This document shows, in pieces, positions 1 through 15,810 of a stretch of 64,000 nt of DNA (position 1 is the first letter of the stretch; each line of letters begins with the position of its first letter). Both the position numbers and the translations under genes were made by a program. The stretch spans positions 1,856,001 through 1,920,000 of the forward strand of contig CAWCYD010000003.1 of assembly GCA_963799775.1 (NCBI GenBank), read 5' to 3'. Origin of the DNA: an uncultured archaeon. GTDB taxonomy: Archaea > Thermoproteota > Nitrososphaeria > Nitrososphaerales > Gagatemarchaeaceae. The notes beneath the pieces are model-generated. The model searched no databases. It was not told the DNA's origin and was given only the letters and a program-made list of their open reading frames with translations.

Positions 1-3529
<3,529 letters not shown>

Positions 3530-3532
3530 CAA

Positions 3533-4435
3533 TCAGCCGTCGTTCTTCATCTTGGAAACCCAAAGATAGAGAGACCAGTAGCCCGCCCAGCTCCCGTACA
3601 GCTTGTTGACCTGTTCGGGCGTCCTGCCCTCAGGGCCGTAGACGCTCTTTATCGTCTCGACGAGAGGCCTGAGATTGATCGGCTGTAGCTTCCCCATCCT
3701 TCCCAGCCCGCGGAAGAGGATGAACTGGGACGACCACTCCCCGATTCCCCTCACCTTCTCCAACCTCTCCTTCGCCTTGTCGAACGGGGCGGACGTCAGG
3801 AACTCCTCATCGAGATCGTCGAGCATCGATATCAGCGAGACTAGGCGCTGGGCGATCCTCTGGTTCCTCGTAGCCTCGAGGAGCGCCTTTGCGCTCGCGC
3901 GCTCCAGTCGCGAGCGGTCTGGAAAGGCCCAATGCACCTTGCCATCGATCTCGATGCTGTCTCCGTACTTCTCCGTCAAGGACCGCTTTATCCTGAGGGC
4001 AATCGGCCTCTGCATCCTCTGGTTGATGAGCGCCCAGCATGCTATCTCGAGGAAGGAGGGGAACTTGACCTGGTGCAGGCCCCATGCCCTCTCGACGACG
4101 GGGTAGAACTTCGGGTCCTTCTCCTTTGCGACCGAGTAGAACGGACCCACGTCGTCCTTCAAGCTGAGGAAGAATGAGATGCGCTCTGCCGCCGAGTCGG
4201 CGACCTCTGATGGAATCGGCTCTGACGAGAGGAGCTCGTAGGCCGCCTCCTCGACATCTTTCCCCTTCTTCAGTCTCACCGCGATGGTCTGCCCCTCGAC
4301 CATTATCGCCTTCGTGACGGACCCGCCCTCCACCGCCTGCTCCCCGCTCATTGGCCCGAAGCCCTCGAGGAAGTCCAGCGACCTCCGAAAGTCGTATGGC
4401 TTCACAGCGTCGAGGGGCCCGGTAACCGAGTGCAA
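3533..4435 (-). CDS. AlkA-like HhH-GPD DNA-3-methyladenine glycosylase
   Basis: ALINQR, AFPD and LEKVRGIGEWSS helix-hairpin-helix; start placed at TTG 4435 to avoid overlap with the divergent gene. Confidence 0.8.
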   Translation of the reverse strand: MHSVTGPLDAVKPYDFRRSLDFLEGFGPMSGEQAVEGGSVTKAIMVEGQTIAVRLKKGKDVEEAAYELLSSEPIPSEVADSAAERISFFLSLKDDVGPFYSVAKEKDPKFYPVVERAWGLHQVKFPSFLEIACWALINQRMQRPIALRIKRSLTEKYGDSIEIDGKVHWAFPDRSRLERASAKALLEATRNQRIAQRLVSLISMLDDLDEEFLTSAPFDKAKERLEKVRGIGEWSSQFILFRGLGRMGKLQPINLRPLVETIKSVYGPEGRTPEQVNKLYGSWAGYWSLYLWVSKMKNDG

Positions 4436-4496
4436 AGCGGGAGCCAAGTTCCGCCGCAGAAGTATTAAAGTGCCGAAAGGCGAACTGGCCCTATCA

Positions 4497-5060
4497 ATGC
4501 CCAAGGCCCGGAAGCGGACCGTCGTCGCGATAGGCTCGACCAACCCTGCCAAGAGGAAGGGGACGAGCCTCGCCTTCTCGCGCGTATTCAAGAACGTCCA
4601 GCTGAAGACGGTCGACACCACGTCGCTGGTCAGGGCCCAGCCCATCAGCCTAGAGGAGACCGTCGAAGGGGCGCAGGAGCGGGCCATCTTCGCCCTGGAG
4701 TCTGCGAGGCCTGACTTTGGCGTGGGCGTGGAGGCGGGCCTCATGGAGCTCGGCAAGGGCTGGCCGGACCACTACCTCAACCTCCAGATTGCCGCGGTGG
4801 TCGACAAGGCGGGGGCCCTCTCCTTCGGCTGCTCCTCAGGGTTCCCCATCCCCGCGAGGTTCGTCGAGAACCTGAGAGAGAGGCGCGAAGAGCTGGAGCA
4901 ATACGCGCACGAGCTGACGGGGGCCAAGAAGATCCGCGAGGAGCACGGGATCGTCTACCACCTCACAGGGAAGCATCTCTCGCGCGTGGAGATGACGGAG
5001 CAGTGCGTCTCGATGGCCCTGGTCCCGTGGCAGAACGCGAAGGTCTACGGGCTGACATGA
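4497..5060 (+). CDS. yjjX: Inosine/xanthosine triphosphatase (YjjX family)
   Basis: IGSTNPAK, QPIS..ET..GA..RA, GVGVEAG, GIVYHLT..LSR. Confidence 0.85.
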   Translation: MPKARKRTVVAIGSTNPAKRKGTSLAFSRVFKNVQLKTVDTTSLVRAQPISLEETVEGAQERAIFALESARPDFGVGVEAGLMELGKGWPDHYLNLQIAAVVDKAGALSFGCSSGFPIPARFVENLRERREELEQYAHELTGAKKIREEHGIVYHLTGKHLSRVEMTEQCVSMALVPWQNAKVYGLT

Positions 5061-5112
5061 CGTTTTCCGGCTTTTGAGAGGACGGTCACCGCAAGCCCGA
5101 GAGAAGGAGAAA

Positions 5113-5412
5113 TCAGGTCTTGAGCTTCGACCGGTTCTCGGACCAAGTGTAACCGCAGTGCCTGCACCTGAATGTCTCATTATGAGTTACTTCCTTGGCG
5201 ACCACGGTCTCCTCGTCCGAATCGGCCATTTCCCCGAGTCCTTCAATCGGCAAGTCTCTAGGAAGTAAATCCGGGCCCAGGTCGTCCCTGACCAGCTCCT
5301 GCGCATTGTTGTTGACCGCGACGGGAACCTCCTTTGTCTCAACCTTGTCGGCGGTCCGTTCGACTTCGAAACGCTTCCCGCACTGGGGACACTTCATCAG
5401 GAGGGTCGGCAT
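5113..5412 (-). CDS. Small zinc-ribbon protein
   Basis: CPQC and CRHC pairs. Confidence 0.6.
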   Translation of the reverse strand: MPTLLMKCPQCGKRFEVERTADKVETKEVPVAVNNNAQELVRDDLGPDLLPRDLPIEGLGEMADSDEETVVAKEVTHNETFRCRHCGYTWSENRSKLKT

Positions 5413-5521
5413 GTCAGGAGAAATCGCGTTCGTATTTCTTAAACCATTGGTGGGGCGGATATCACCCGTCATGCAACGCGGTCAGAAATCGCCCGAAGAT
5501 GCAACAGCACCTGTTTTCCCG

Positions 5522-5537
5522 TGGAAGGGTTTATATC
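5522..5537 (+). promoter_or_regulatory. Putative rRNA operon promoter (BRE/TATA)
   Basis: TTTATAT at 5530-5536 after a purine-rich tract, ~210 bp upstream of 16S. Confidence 0.45.
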
Positions 5538-5700
5538 CCGACGCGGCTGGTCGTGTTAGTTTGCGCATAGCTTGGCGGCGTCTGCGTAGAGCGGACGGGC
5601 GGAGCCCATTGCCATGAAACGTACGACCTCCAGATGCGCGTACAAAACGTGGAGATCTAACCGAAATGTTAGATCTGACATGGGCTTTGCTCAACAGACT

Positions 5701-5719
5701 AATTCCGCAGTTATGCGAG
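5701..5719 (+). other. 16S pre-rRNA processing stem, 5' strand of BHB
   Basis: AATTCC-GCAG-TTA-TGCGAG pairs with CTCGCA-CTGC-AAA-GGAATT (7277-7295) as a 3-4-3 BHB. Confidence 0.9.
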
Positions 5720-5746
5720 AATATTATCTTGCTCCCGATATAATCG

Positions 5747-7244
<1,498 letters not shown>

Positions 7245-7276
7245 TAGTGTAAAAACATCGGGAGCCAAGAGATATT

Positions 7277-7295
7277 CTCGCACTGCAAAGGAATT
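7277..7295 (+). other. 16S pre-rRNA processing stem, 3' strand of BHB
   Basis: Complementary to 5701-5719 with reciprocal 3-nt bulges. Confidence 0.9.
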
Positions 7296-7434
7296 AAAGT
7301 CGGTAGAGCAAGGCCTATGTCAGAGGTATGCAGCATCACACGAAGGTGTGATGCGAAGGGCAAGCGGGGTAAGGACGGGCCACGGGCGCGCCGTAAAAAT
7401 TGCGGGCGCGCGACGAGGGCACCCCCGTGATGAA

Positions 7435-7483
7435 GCCGTGCATAGGGTTCGCGCAAGCATCCGCCGGGGATGTTAATCATTCG
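7435..7483 (+). other. 23S pre-rRNA processing stem, 5' strand of BHB (single copy, in ITS)
   Basis: GCCGTGCATAGGGTTC-GCGC-AAG-CATCCGCCGGGG pairs with CCCCGGCGGAG-GCGC-AAT-GAACCC..TATGCACGGC at 11447-11482. Confidence 0.9.
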
Positions 7484-9547
7484 ACACAACGACGCCAAAT
7501 GGTGAATGGCTTGGCTTGGGTGGCGAGGAAGGGCGTGGCAAGCCGCGATAGGCTCTGGGGAGACGCATGCAATCTACGATCCAGAGATACCCGAATGGAG
7601 TATAATCCGCCGCAGTTGCGCAAGCGCTGCGGCGCGCCGAAAGGCGCGCGAACGCTGGGGAAGGAAACATCTGAGTACCAGCAGGAAGAGAAATCAATTG
7701 AGATCCCGTTAGTAGCGGCGAGCGAAACCGGGTTAGCCCAAACCGAATCCCTGCATGAAAGTGCAGGGAGATGTAGTGTTCGCCTTCAGCGTATGCGACC
7801 CTGCGACCAGTAGCCGAAGTTGCCTGGAATGGCACACAACAGAAGGTTATAGTCCTGTAAGCGAGCTGGGAGCGAGGTCGTGCTGAGGGCAGAGTAGCTG
7901 GATTCGTCAATGTCTAGCGAAGACGGAGGAAAGCAGCCTCCAAGGCTAAACACTACCCAAGACCGATAGCGCAAAAGTACCGCGAGGGAAAGCTGAAAAG
8001 TACCCCGAAAGGGGTGTTAAAAGAGCCTGAAACAATTTGGCTACAGACGTGCATCGCATGAAAGAGGTATGAATCCAACGCGAGGGGCCGCAAGGCCTCT
8101 CAAGGGGGGTTAAGTGCCTCAGTGTGGTGCGTTCCGTCTAGAAACACGGGCCAGGGAGTTAACTGTCATGGCGAGCCTAAGGGTTCAAAGCCCGGAGGCG
8201 AAGGGAAACCGAATCTCCGTAACGCCGCAAGGCGCGTGGGAGGTGGTCTGAAAGGGCCTACAGTCATGGCGGTTTAGACTAGAAACCAAACGATCGTGTC
8301 CAGAACAAGATGAAGCCGGGCGAAAGCCTGGTCGAGGTCTGCAAGGGTCTTAACGTGCAATTTAGTCCCCTGATTCTGGACAAGGGGCCAAAAGCCTATC
8401 TAGCTTGGTGATTGCTAGTTCCAATCGAAGCGGATCCCAGTCCTGTCTCCGTCGATGTAGTTCACGCTGTAGAGCACCAACGAAAAGACAAGGATCCGAA
8501 AGGGTCCACCTTTTTCTTGAACTCCGAATGTGTGAACGCAGTAGACGCGGGGAGGCGGGTTTATGTGGGGTAAGCCTCATAACCGAGAGGGGTTTAACCC
8601 AGACTAGAGTTAAGGTCCCCAAATTTGGGCTAAGTGTCAAGCAAAAGGGAGTCTTTGACCGAAAACAGCAGGGAGGTAGGCTTAGAAGCAGCCACCCTTC
8701 AAAGAAAGCGTAACAGCTCACCTGCCGAGGTTGAGGGCCCCGAAAATGGACGGGGCTCAAGCCCAGTACCGATACTCTGGACTGCCACCTTGTGGGTGGT
8801 ATGTGGTAGATTGGCGTGGTGATTGGGTAGAAGCTGGGCCGTGAGGTCCAGTGGACCGATTTCCAGTGCAGATCCTGGTAGTAGTAGCAGCGTAGTCGGG
8901 TGAGAATCCTGATCGCCGAAAGGACACGGTTTTCCTGGCAATGCGTCATCAGCCAGGAGTTAGCCGATCCTAAGAACGAAACCAACGTATTCGTTCGAAC
9001 GAGGGAATGCGGTTAATATTCCGCAGCCTCGTGCATTCCGATGTCCCGCAAGGGACGATATCGCCTCTGACGCTTCCGGATACGGTTTGCAGAGTTTATC
9101 GCTCTGTTTAATCTATTGAGGAGGAGGGAGTGTCGTAATGACGAGAACTCCTCCGAGAAGAGAATAGCGGCCCGTTGGGGTCGTTTACTGGATTCCAGGA
9201 GACAGTGAAAACAGAGGAATGAGAGGGGTGCATGAGATCGTACCTAGAACCGACACAGGTGATCCTAGGTGAGAAGCCTAAGGCGTATCGGGGAACTGTA
9301 GGTAAGGGAACTCGGCAAATTAGCCACGTACGATAACTAGAAGTGGTGCCTGCTTTCTTAATGTGAAATTGGGATAGCAGGTTGCAATAACGAGGGGGTC
9401 CCGACTGTTTAATAAAAACACAGTAAACCGCAAGTCCGAAAGGATGTGTACGGTTTATGAATCCTGGCCAGTGCAGGTACCTTAAACCTGGGTTCAACTG
9501 GGCGAAGGGCCTGTTAACGCCGGGAGTAACTCTGACTCTCTTAAGGT

Positions 9548-9836
9548 GACCACAGAAAGTTGCCTTAGCAAAATCTGGCTATATGCTGGAAAGTCTGAGA
9601 ATGCCAGGCTAGCTCGAGGGCGCAAGCTCTCGGGCTGACAATGCCATGGCTGCAGATAATCAGCAGGAAAGGCCCTTGGTCGCAAGACCGAGGGAATCCT
9701 CAGAGACTATACGCCAGAGATCGCAATCTAGTTGCGATCAAGATATAGTCCGAACTATGCAGCGATGCATAGAGGCTCGCGAAGGATGAGCCCGCCTCGA
9801 CGCAAGTCGAGGTCAAAGGAAGGAAGTAACAGAGTG
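9548..9836 (+). mobile_element. Group I intron at 23S L1931, 289 nt, no ORF
   Basis: Interrupts TTAAGGT^AGCCAAATG; P ATGCTGGAAA 9583, Q AATCAGCAGG 9658, R TCAGAGACTATA 9700, S AAGATATAGTCC 9740; P1 TAAGGT/GCCTTA with U-G wobble; terminal G. Confidence 0.93.
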
Positions 9837-10397
9837 AGCCAAATGCCTTGTCGGGTGAGTTCCGACGTGCATGAATGGACCAACGAGGGCCCCGCTGTCC
9901 CTATCTACGACCCGGCGAACCTACGTAAGCTGGACGAACAGTCCAGCAACTTCCATCGGGGAGAGAAGTCCCTGTGGAGCTTTACTGCAGCTTGTTGCTG
10001 TGATTCGGTCTTAATCGCATAGTGTAAGGGGGAGCCGCCATGTCGTCGCCTTCGGGTGACGAATAGGCACCAATGTAACACCCCTCCCTTGAGACTGGAT
10101 CGCTAACTCCTACGGGAGGACACCGGCAGGTGGGCAGTTCGGCTGGGGCGGCACCCCCTTGAAAAGATATCGAGGGGGCCCAAAGGTCGGCTCAGATGGG
10201 TCAGAACTCCATCGTTGACGGCAAGGCGAAAAGCCGGCCTGACAGGAAACTTAAACGCAGAGTTTTCTGCCACGAAAGTGTGGCCTAGCGATCATTCAAT
10301 CCTCACTGTTGGGGGCTGGATGTGACAGAAAAGTTACCCCAGGGGTAACAGGCTCGTCGCGGGCGAGAGCTCCAATCGACCCCGCGGTTTGGTACCT

Positions 10398-11008
10398 TGA
10401 CCCGCAAGGGTTCGGGGCAAAATCACGGTAACGCGATTTGAAGCATCGGCTTATAACGGCGAACTCCTCCTCTCGGAATGGACCACTGAGGATTACCGAG
10501 AGAGGACAACGCCGTGGGAAGTCTACGGTAAAGCGAGCTTTGCGCTGTCTTGAGCAGACAGCGTGGCAACTAAAACAGCCAAGAAAGTTCGCTCCTAAGG
10601 GCACTTCTTCTGACTGATGGGACAAAGACAGAGTAGGATTCGAAAACGAATTAACATCTTCCGGCAGCAACCATGTTGCCGAAAGGCAACGCGGATGCAA
10701 CGGGCGCAACCAGGCTACTTGCCGTCCTGCCATAGGGCGGGCCGGTCTATGCCAGGTTGTGGTTTTTGTCCACAGGTAGAAGGACGATCAAACCGTATGA
10801 CCCCGTAACGACTGAGGCGCGCAAATATTGCGGCCAATGAGATGGCCAGGGCTGTCGCATGACTCATGACGTTCCGACGTCGTGGGACACAAATCATGCG
10901 GCCTCGAAAAGGTCCCGGCCATCATACGCCGACCCCCCTATCGGCCCGAAAGGGAGTGCGGGGGGTGAAGACATAGTCTGATCCGGAAAGAAATTTCCGA
11001 TAAGATTG
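10398..11008 (+). mobile_element. Group I intron at 23S L2500, 611 nt
   Basis: Interrupts GGTACCT^CGATGTCGGCTC; exon ends in U and intron ends in G; R-like GTAACGACTG, S-like GAAGACATAGTCTGA. Confidence 0.88.
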
Positions 11009-11062
11009 CGATGTCGGCTCTTCCCATCCTGGTCCTGCAGCAGGGGCCAAGGGTGGGGCTGC

Positions 11063-11116
<54 letters not shown>

Positions 11117-11241
11117 CCTCTACCTGATGGAAGCGGAGGAACACTGCGGGGAAGCGCTGCCCAGTACGAGAGGAACAGCGGCGCGTGGCCTCTGGCGTAC
11201 CGGTTGTCCGAGAGGGCACCGCCGGGCAGCTAAGCCATCGT

Positions 11242-11274
<33 letters not shown>

Positions 11275-11560
11275 ACTCCCAAGAAGAGTGTTCCATCAGC
11301 ACATCCTTTCTCCGCAAGGGGAGGGGAGAGCTGTGGAGAGCGGCGATAGAAGATCGCGTTGAAGGGGTGGGGGTGTACGCTGGAAGCCCGCAAGGGCGAC
11401 CAGTTCAGCCCGTCCACTACCTATAGCTCAACGTGTGAATGAAATGCCCCGGCGGAGGCGCAATGAACCCTTTATGCACGGCGAATGCCCTGCATTTTCA
11501 ACAAGCTAGCGAGAGCTTTCGCACGGAATAATAGGTGCCCCGGTTATTCCTGCATCGAAG

Positions 11561-12223
11561 TTGAAGGCAAAGACGAGCGCCTACGTAGTTGCCCAAGCTC
11601 TTGCCGTCGTCATCGTATTGGTGCTGATCTCCCTTCCCCTGGAGGCCCCGAATTCACATGAAGCTCCGACTTCCTCCACATCTAGCCAACAACTGACGTT
11701 AACTGCCTCCAGCTGCACTTCGACCTCTACCACGGTCGAGAGAGTGCTGCCGGTCAGTTCTGAAGCACAGCTGCTTTCTGTGGTAAACGCCACCTTCTCA
11801 GACCATCTCTTGCATTTCACTTTGAGGGACACCTTCGATGTCACTAATGACTTTGAGAACGGGGCGCAAATGGTCTGGGCCGGGAACACTGAGGGCTTTG
11901 GAGGAAATTACACTGGGCTGCGGTCCATCAACGAGGTCTACGAGGGATTCCTGGAGCCGACCACTGCTCTTTCGGTGATCAACGAGAGCTGGACTTTGGC
12001 GCCTATCGGGTCAGAATCGGTCGTGGTCTACTCGACTCTCGACTTCGAGGGGCACAACAACATTTGGGGAAGCTTTGACGCCCAAATCCTTGGAAGGGAC
12101 TACTATGTCGCCGCAAACGGATGGCAGATCTCCCAGGAGTCGTGGAACTTCACGAGGTTCGCCGTCCAGAACTCGCTCGAAGCTATGCCCTACGGCCCAG
12201 CTGGTGCCTCGTGTTACCAATGA
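11561..12223 (+). CDS. Membrane-anchored secreted protein, possible NTF2/SnoaL-like fold
   Basis: N-terminal hydrophobic anchor, S/T linker, VWAGNTEGFGGNY and WQISQESWNF shared with 21890-22534. Confidence 0.65.
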   Translation: MKAKTSAYVVAQALAVVIVLVLISLPLEAPNSHEAPTSSTSSQQLTLTASSCTSTSTTVERVLPVSSEAQLLSVVNATFSDHLLHFTLRDTFDVTNDFENGAQMVWAGNTEGFGGNYTGLRSINEVYEGFLEPTTALSVINESWTLAPIGSESVVVYSTLDFEGHNNIWGSFDAQILGRDYYVAANGWQISQESWNFTRFAVQNSLEAMPYGPAGASCYQ

Positions 12224-12381
12224 GTGTCACCGTACTAACTCGCAAGCGAATTGCCCCCCGGCGGAGGGGCGATGAATCCTATGATTCGCGAAACCCATCA
12301 TTTCTTCGCAATTCAGCGAAACGAGGGCATTTCAGGCGGTTACGTCAAGTCGTCTTCCCGTTCAATCATGGGCCGAGGAAT

Positions 12382-12933
12382 CTAAAGTTCATCTGCAGTT
12401 GACATAGCCCGATTGGTAGTCGTTTCTGTTGAATCTTGAGGATACAAGGGATAAGGGAAGTGTTCCACATCCTCCGTACTTACTACGGCAAAGTCGATCC
12501 TTAGCAATCTACCTTTGAATCCCAATTGTGTCGCAACAGGCGTGAGAACAGTGTCGCTAACCTGTAGTTCAGATTGTGAAGCGAGAGCAAATCTTAGCTT
12601 CAGTAATCTACCCTCTCCGGCGTTAAGGAAGACTGGCACGCTTCCTTCTGTTGGACTTCCTTCGGCTCTTGTAATCACATCTCCCACTAAAGGAACAGTT
12701 GCGGTGACCTTAGTTACCGATGTTCCTCGACCTCCTCTGTTCTTGGCATAGAACTCAAGGTAAACAGATCTTTGAATACGACCTGACGTGTCAGGCTTCT
12801 CTTCGTAGTACCCCCACTTTGGAGTAATGCGCAAGTCGGGCCTCTGCGATTGATGGCTATCATAGAGGGCATATAGCGAAATAACCAGAGCTGATATTGC
12901 TACAATCAACTCGGCAACAGAGATGATGTCCAT
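12382..12933 (-). CDS. Hypothetical membrane-anchored protein
   Basis: N-terminal TM helix; fills one inter-repeat interval. Confidence 0.6.
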   Translation of the reverse strand: MDIISVAELIVAISALVISLYALYDSHQSQRPDLRITPKWGYYEEKPDTSGRIQRSVYLEFYAKNRGGRGTSVTKVTATVPLVGDVITRAEGSPTEGSVPVFLNAGEGRLLKLRFALASQSELQVSDTVLTPVATQLGFKGRLLRIDFAVVSTEDVEHFPYPLYPQDSTETTTNRAMSTADEL

Positions 12934-13095
12934 AGCCGTGCGCCGGTTTGATTGAGTCAATTATCAGTTTCGTGTCGAGCGGGAGGCGCAATGAACCCAT
13001 ATGCATGGCAACAACTTGCCCATTTTATCGAGAGCTAGCGGAAGCTAGGACGTTCGGACAAATTCATTTATGGTTCGAGCCTTGCTTTCTCATCC

Positions 13096-14052
13096 ATGCG
13101 AGCGCGATTAAGCGAAATCGTCCTAGCTCTCGCGGGGGGCTTGTTCGGTCTCCTCCTTTACTTCATTTCTAGCGCCTTCCCTCGTCCAACGTTCGGCGGC
13201 GCCTCATTCTGGGGTTTCCCTCTAACATACGGGGTAACCGGCGGAACCTGCTTTGGTAACTGCTCTACCTTTACTCCCCAAGAGCCGGCTTTCGCGGCCG
13301 ACCTGGTTTTCTGGATTGCCGTGGGAGTTGTCACAGCCGAAGTTCTTGCTAGGAAGATACTGCCAAACAGAATGGATGAATCCTGGCCGTGGGCGAAAGA
13401 TCGAGAGACAATGGATGTCGAGTCCAAGTGGCCAGGAAAGGTGCTCTCGGTACTTCTTGTGGGCCTAATCATAGGAATGGCTTTCGCCTTCTTCGCAACG
13501 TCGACTGCAGGCGTCTTTGGTATGACCGCGACAGTCACCACGACGTCGACGGTGACAACTACGGCCCCTCCGGGTTCGAGCACCAGCGTTAACGCGCCCG
13601 ACGACGGGGTTGACCTCGAGGGATGTAGCCTGACCACCAAGACGTGCACTTTTCTGATACAGAATTTCGACCTGATGGACGGCTATGCCATTACACTAGG
13701 ACGGGACGGGATGTGTGTAACCGCGACCTACACATCGCCAACCTCTGTCAGTTCATTCGTCAACGAAGACGCGGGATGTACGACTCCTTCGAACTCGACT
13801 TACATCGCCAACAACGGCGCGACCACCGTAGTCACGGCGGTCTTCTCAGGGTGGTCACCAGGTGCAGGGTCGAACGAGCCGCCGACCGCCGGCCAATCCA
13901 TATGGGGATGCATCCTCTACACCTCAGGAGACGGATTTGGGTGTCTCGCGTTCACAGGGGTCTTCACTAATTCCGGCACCACATCTCAGGGCTATCTAAC
14001 GACAACTCAAGTGGTCACTTCGACCGTGACGGTCACAGCAACTTCTCCCTGA
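13096..14052 (+). CDS. Membrane protein with Thr/Cys-rich extracellular domain
   Basis: Three hydrophobic segments and Thr-rich tracts; fills one cassette. Confidence 0.65.
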   Translation: MRARLSEIVLALAGGLFGLLLYFISSAFPRPTFGGASFWGFPLTYGVTGGTCFGNCSTFTPQEPAFAADLVFWIAVGVVTAEVLARKILPNRMDESWPWAKDRETMDVESKWPGKVLSVLLVGLIIGMAFAFFATSTAGVFGMTATVTTTSTVTTTAPPGSSTSVNAPDDGVDLEGCSLTTKTCTFLIQNFDLMDGYAITLGRDGMCVTATYTSPTSVSSFVNEDAGCTTPSNSTYIANNGATTVVTAVFSGWSPGAGSNEPPTAGQSIWGCILYTSGDGFGCLAFTGVFTNSGTTSQGYLTTTQVVTSTVTVTATSP

Positions 14053-14624
14053 CTCGTCTCAAATGGAAGGATGCCAGGCGGAGGCGCAATGAACCTAGTA
14101 GCTAACAGAGAGGAGTCTGGACATACCAATCCTGATAATCCCAGTTTTCCTTTAGGACATACCACTTCCCGTTGTCTCCCTGATTAGTCCACTGCTGCTG
14201 GACATTGGCGGTCTCGTTGGTCGCACCGAAGATCTCCCTTGTGCCTACAAACACGTAGCTGAAAGTGGCATTGATTGTTGCTGTTCCGATGTTCTTCAAC
14301 ACAATATTCGAGACGGTCACAACGGATGGAGAAGAGCCGAAGTCTTGGAACTCCGAACCGTAGAGCCCACGAATGTAGAACCGTTCTTCAGGGTACCTGC
14401 GTAGTCCCCGTTGAGTACGAGGTAGTTGCAGATCTCTTCCCTTCCATAAAGTTTGAGCTGGATTTGCGCGGTGTTCAAGGACGAGTGCAACGAGACAACG
14501 GACGAGTTCGTGTAGAAATCCATCATGGCGTCAATGTTCTTGTCTTCGATTGCTTGCTCCCACTGATTGAGTTGGAGCTGCACTCGCGACTTGGCTTGAG
14601 AGGAGGACGCAGCCGACGAGTAAG

Positions 14625-15810
14625 CAGTATCTCCGAATGACATAGGGTCACCTCCGTCAGGTTGCCAATGGGATTAGGAATGTGAGGAGGAGGGAGACCT
14701 TGACCTCCAATGCGATGATATGCTCTTCATCGTCGCGTCCGTCCTCTCCATTGTCGTTGCGCTCTGAAGAGTTCAGGATGCACCATGCGTTGTATAGGCA
14801 TACTGCCACCGCGTAGTAGAGTAGCCTAACCGTGAAGCTCTTCGATTTCGTCCTCGGAAGGAAGATGTTGTGCTCTCTGTAGGCGGTCTCCACTCCCCAA
14901 CGGGTCTTGTAACGCTTCAGCAGGCGCTTCGGCCTGCACGACATGTTCGTGGCGAAGAGGTAGCTGATCTTCGTCTCCTCGTCGTCGACCCTGACGAGCT
15001 TGAACGGTCTGTCGCAAGGATAGGAGACAGATTGACCGTCCTTGAGGTCGATCCTCTTCGTCAGCCGGTTGGGCGTGAAATGGATTGCATACAGGTATCC
15101 GTTCTCCTGGAGCCAAGAGGGGAGCTCGAGCGATGAGAACCCTCCATCGAAGAGGAGATACCTAACCCTGATTCCCATGTTCCTTATCCGGTTGAGGGCG
15201 TCCTCGATGTAATCCAAGAGATACTCCCTGCTCTTGATGGGCGTCAGGACGATCGTGAGCCTCCTCCCATCGGCGAGGATGCTCGCGGTGAGGTACTGGT
15301 AAGCGTAGCAAGAGCCGGCCTTTGGCCTCGTCCCGTTGACCATGTCGGTCTCATTATCGCCATAAAACATCTGGTCGTGCCAATCAAACGCAATCGGGAC
15401 CGGTCTCTTCAGCAACCCCTTTCTCTTCAGCTCGCCTACCTGCTCCTCGAGGACGATGGAGACGACGCTCTGGAGCTCGTATCTCTCGATGCTCTTGAAG
15501 CGCATAAGCGCGGTGTCGGAGTTCGGTACCCCGGCTCCAAACTTATTGGAGACGTTGCTCATTCCTTCCGCGTAGGCATTGAGTACAGACGAGTTGACAA
15601 GGAGACGGATATAGTCCGCCTTCGTGTACAAGTAGCTGGGCTTCACCTCGAAGCACAGTAGCTGGGGCAGGCATCGCATCATGACGGTATCGAAGCCTCT
15701 GGCTAGATGATTGGAGATCATAGCTGAGGCTTCGGGGTGAAGACTCCCTACGCCCCAAAATCATAACTTGTTGAGCGACGGCTAAAATCCGCACTCATTC
15801 GGAGATACTG
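14625..15810 (-). mobile_element. ISH3-family (IS4 superfamily) insertion sequence, 1186 bp
   Basis: Perfect 16-bp terminal inverted repeat CAGTATCTCCGAATGA (14625-14640 / 15795-15810); TAAG target duplication (14621-14624 / 15811-15814). Confidence 0.92.
14657..15721 (-). CDS. DDE transposase (ISH3-like)
   Basis: IAFDWHDQMFYG, LLFDGGF, YKTRWGVETAYR. Confidence 0.92.
   Translation of the reverse strand: MISNHLARGFDTVMMRCLPQLLCFEVKPSYLYTKADYIRLLVNSSVLNAYAEGMSNVSNKFGAGVPNSDTALMRFKSIERYELQSVVSIVLEEQVGELKRKGLLKRPVPIAFDWHDQMFYGDNETDMVNGTRPKAGSCYAYQYLTASILADGRRLTIVLTPIKSREYLLDYIEDALNRIRNMGIRVRYLLFDGGFSSLELPSWLQENGYLYAIHFTPNRLTKRIDLKDGQSVSYPCDRPFKLVRVDDEETKISYLFATNMSCRPKRLLKRYKTRWGVETAYREHNIFLPRTKSKSFTVRLLYYAVAVCLYNAWCILNSSERNDNGEDGRDDEEHIIALEVKVSLLLTFLIPLAT

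Noticed and set aside
4284-4756. Long overlapping 5' extensions of the glycosylase and YjjX ORFs
   Set aside because: Family similarity starts near 4435 (-) and 4497 (+); the extensions are antisense read-through.
7245-7485. tRNA-Ala in the ITS, or 5S rRNA after the 23S
   Set aside because: No cloverleaf or 5S signature; the ITS is occupied by the processing stems.
14625-15810. IS transposase as the array's mobilising enzyme
   Set aside because: It has its own TIRs and target duplication and sits inside a cassette gene, indicating an independent insertion.
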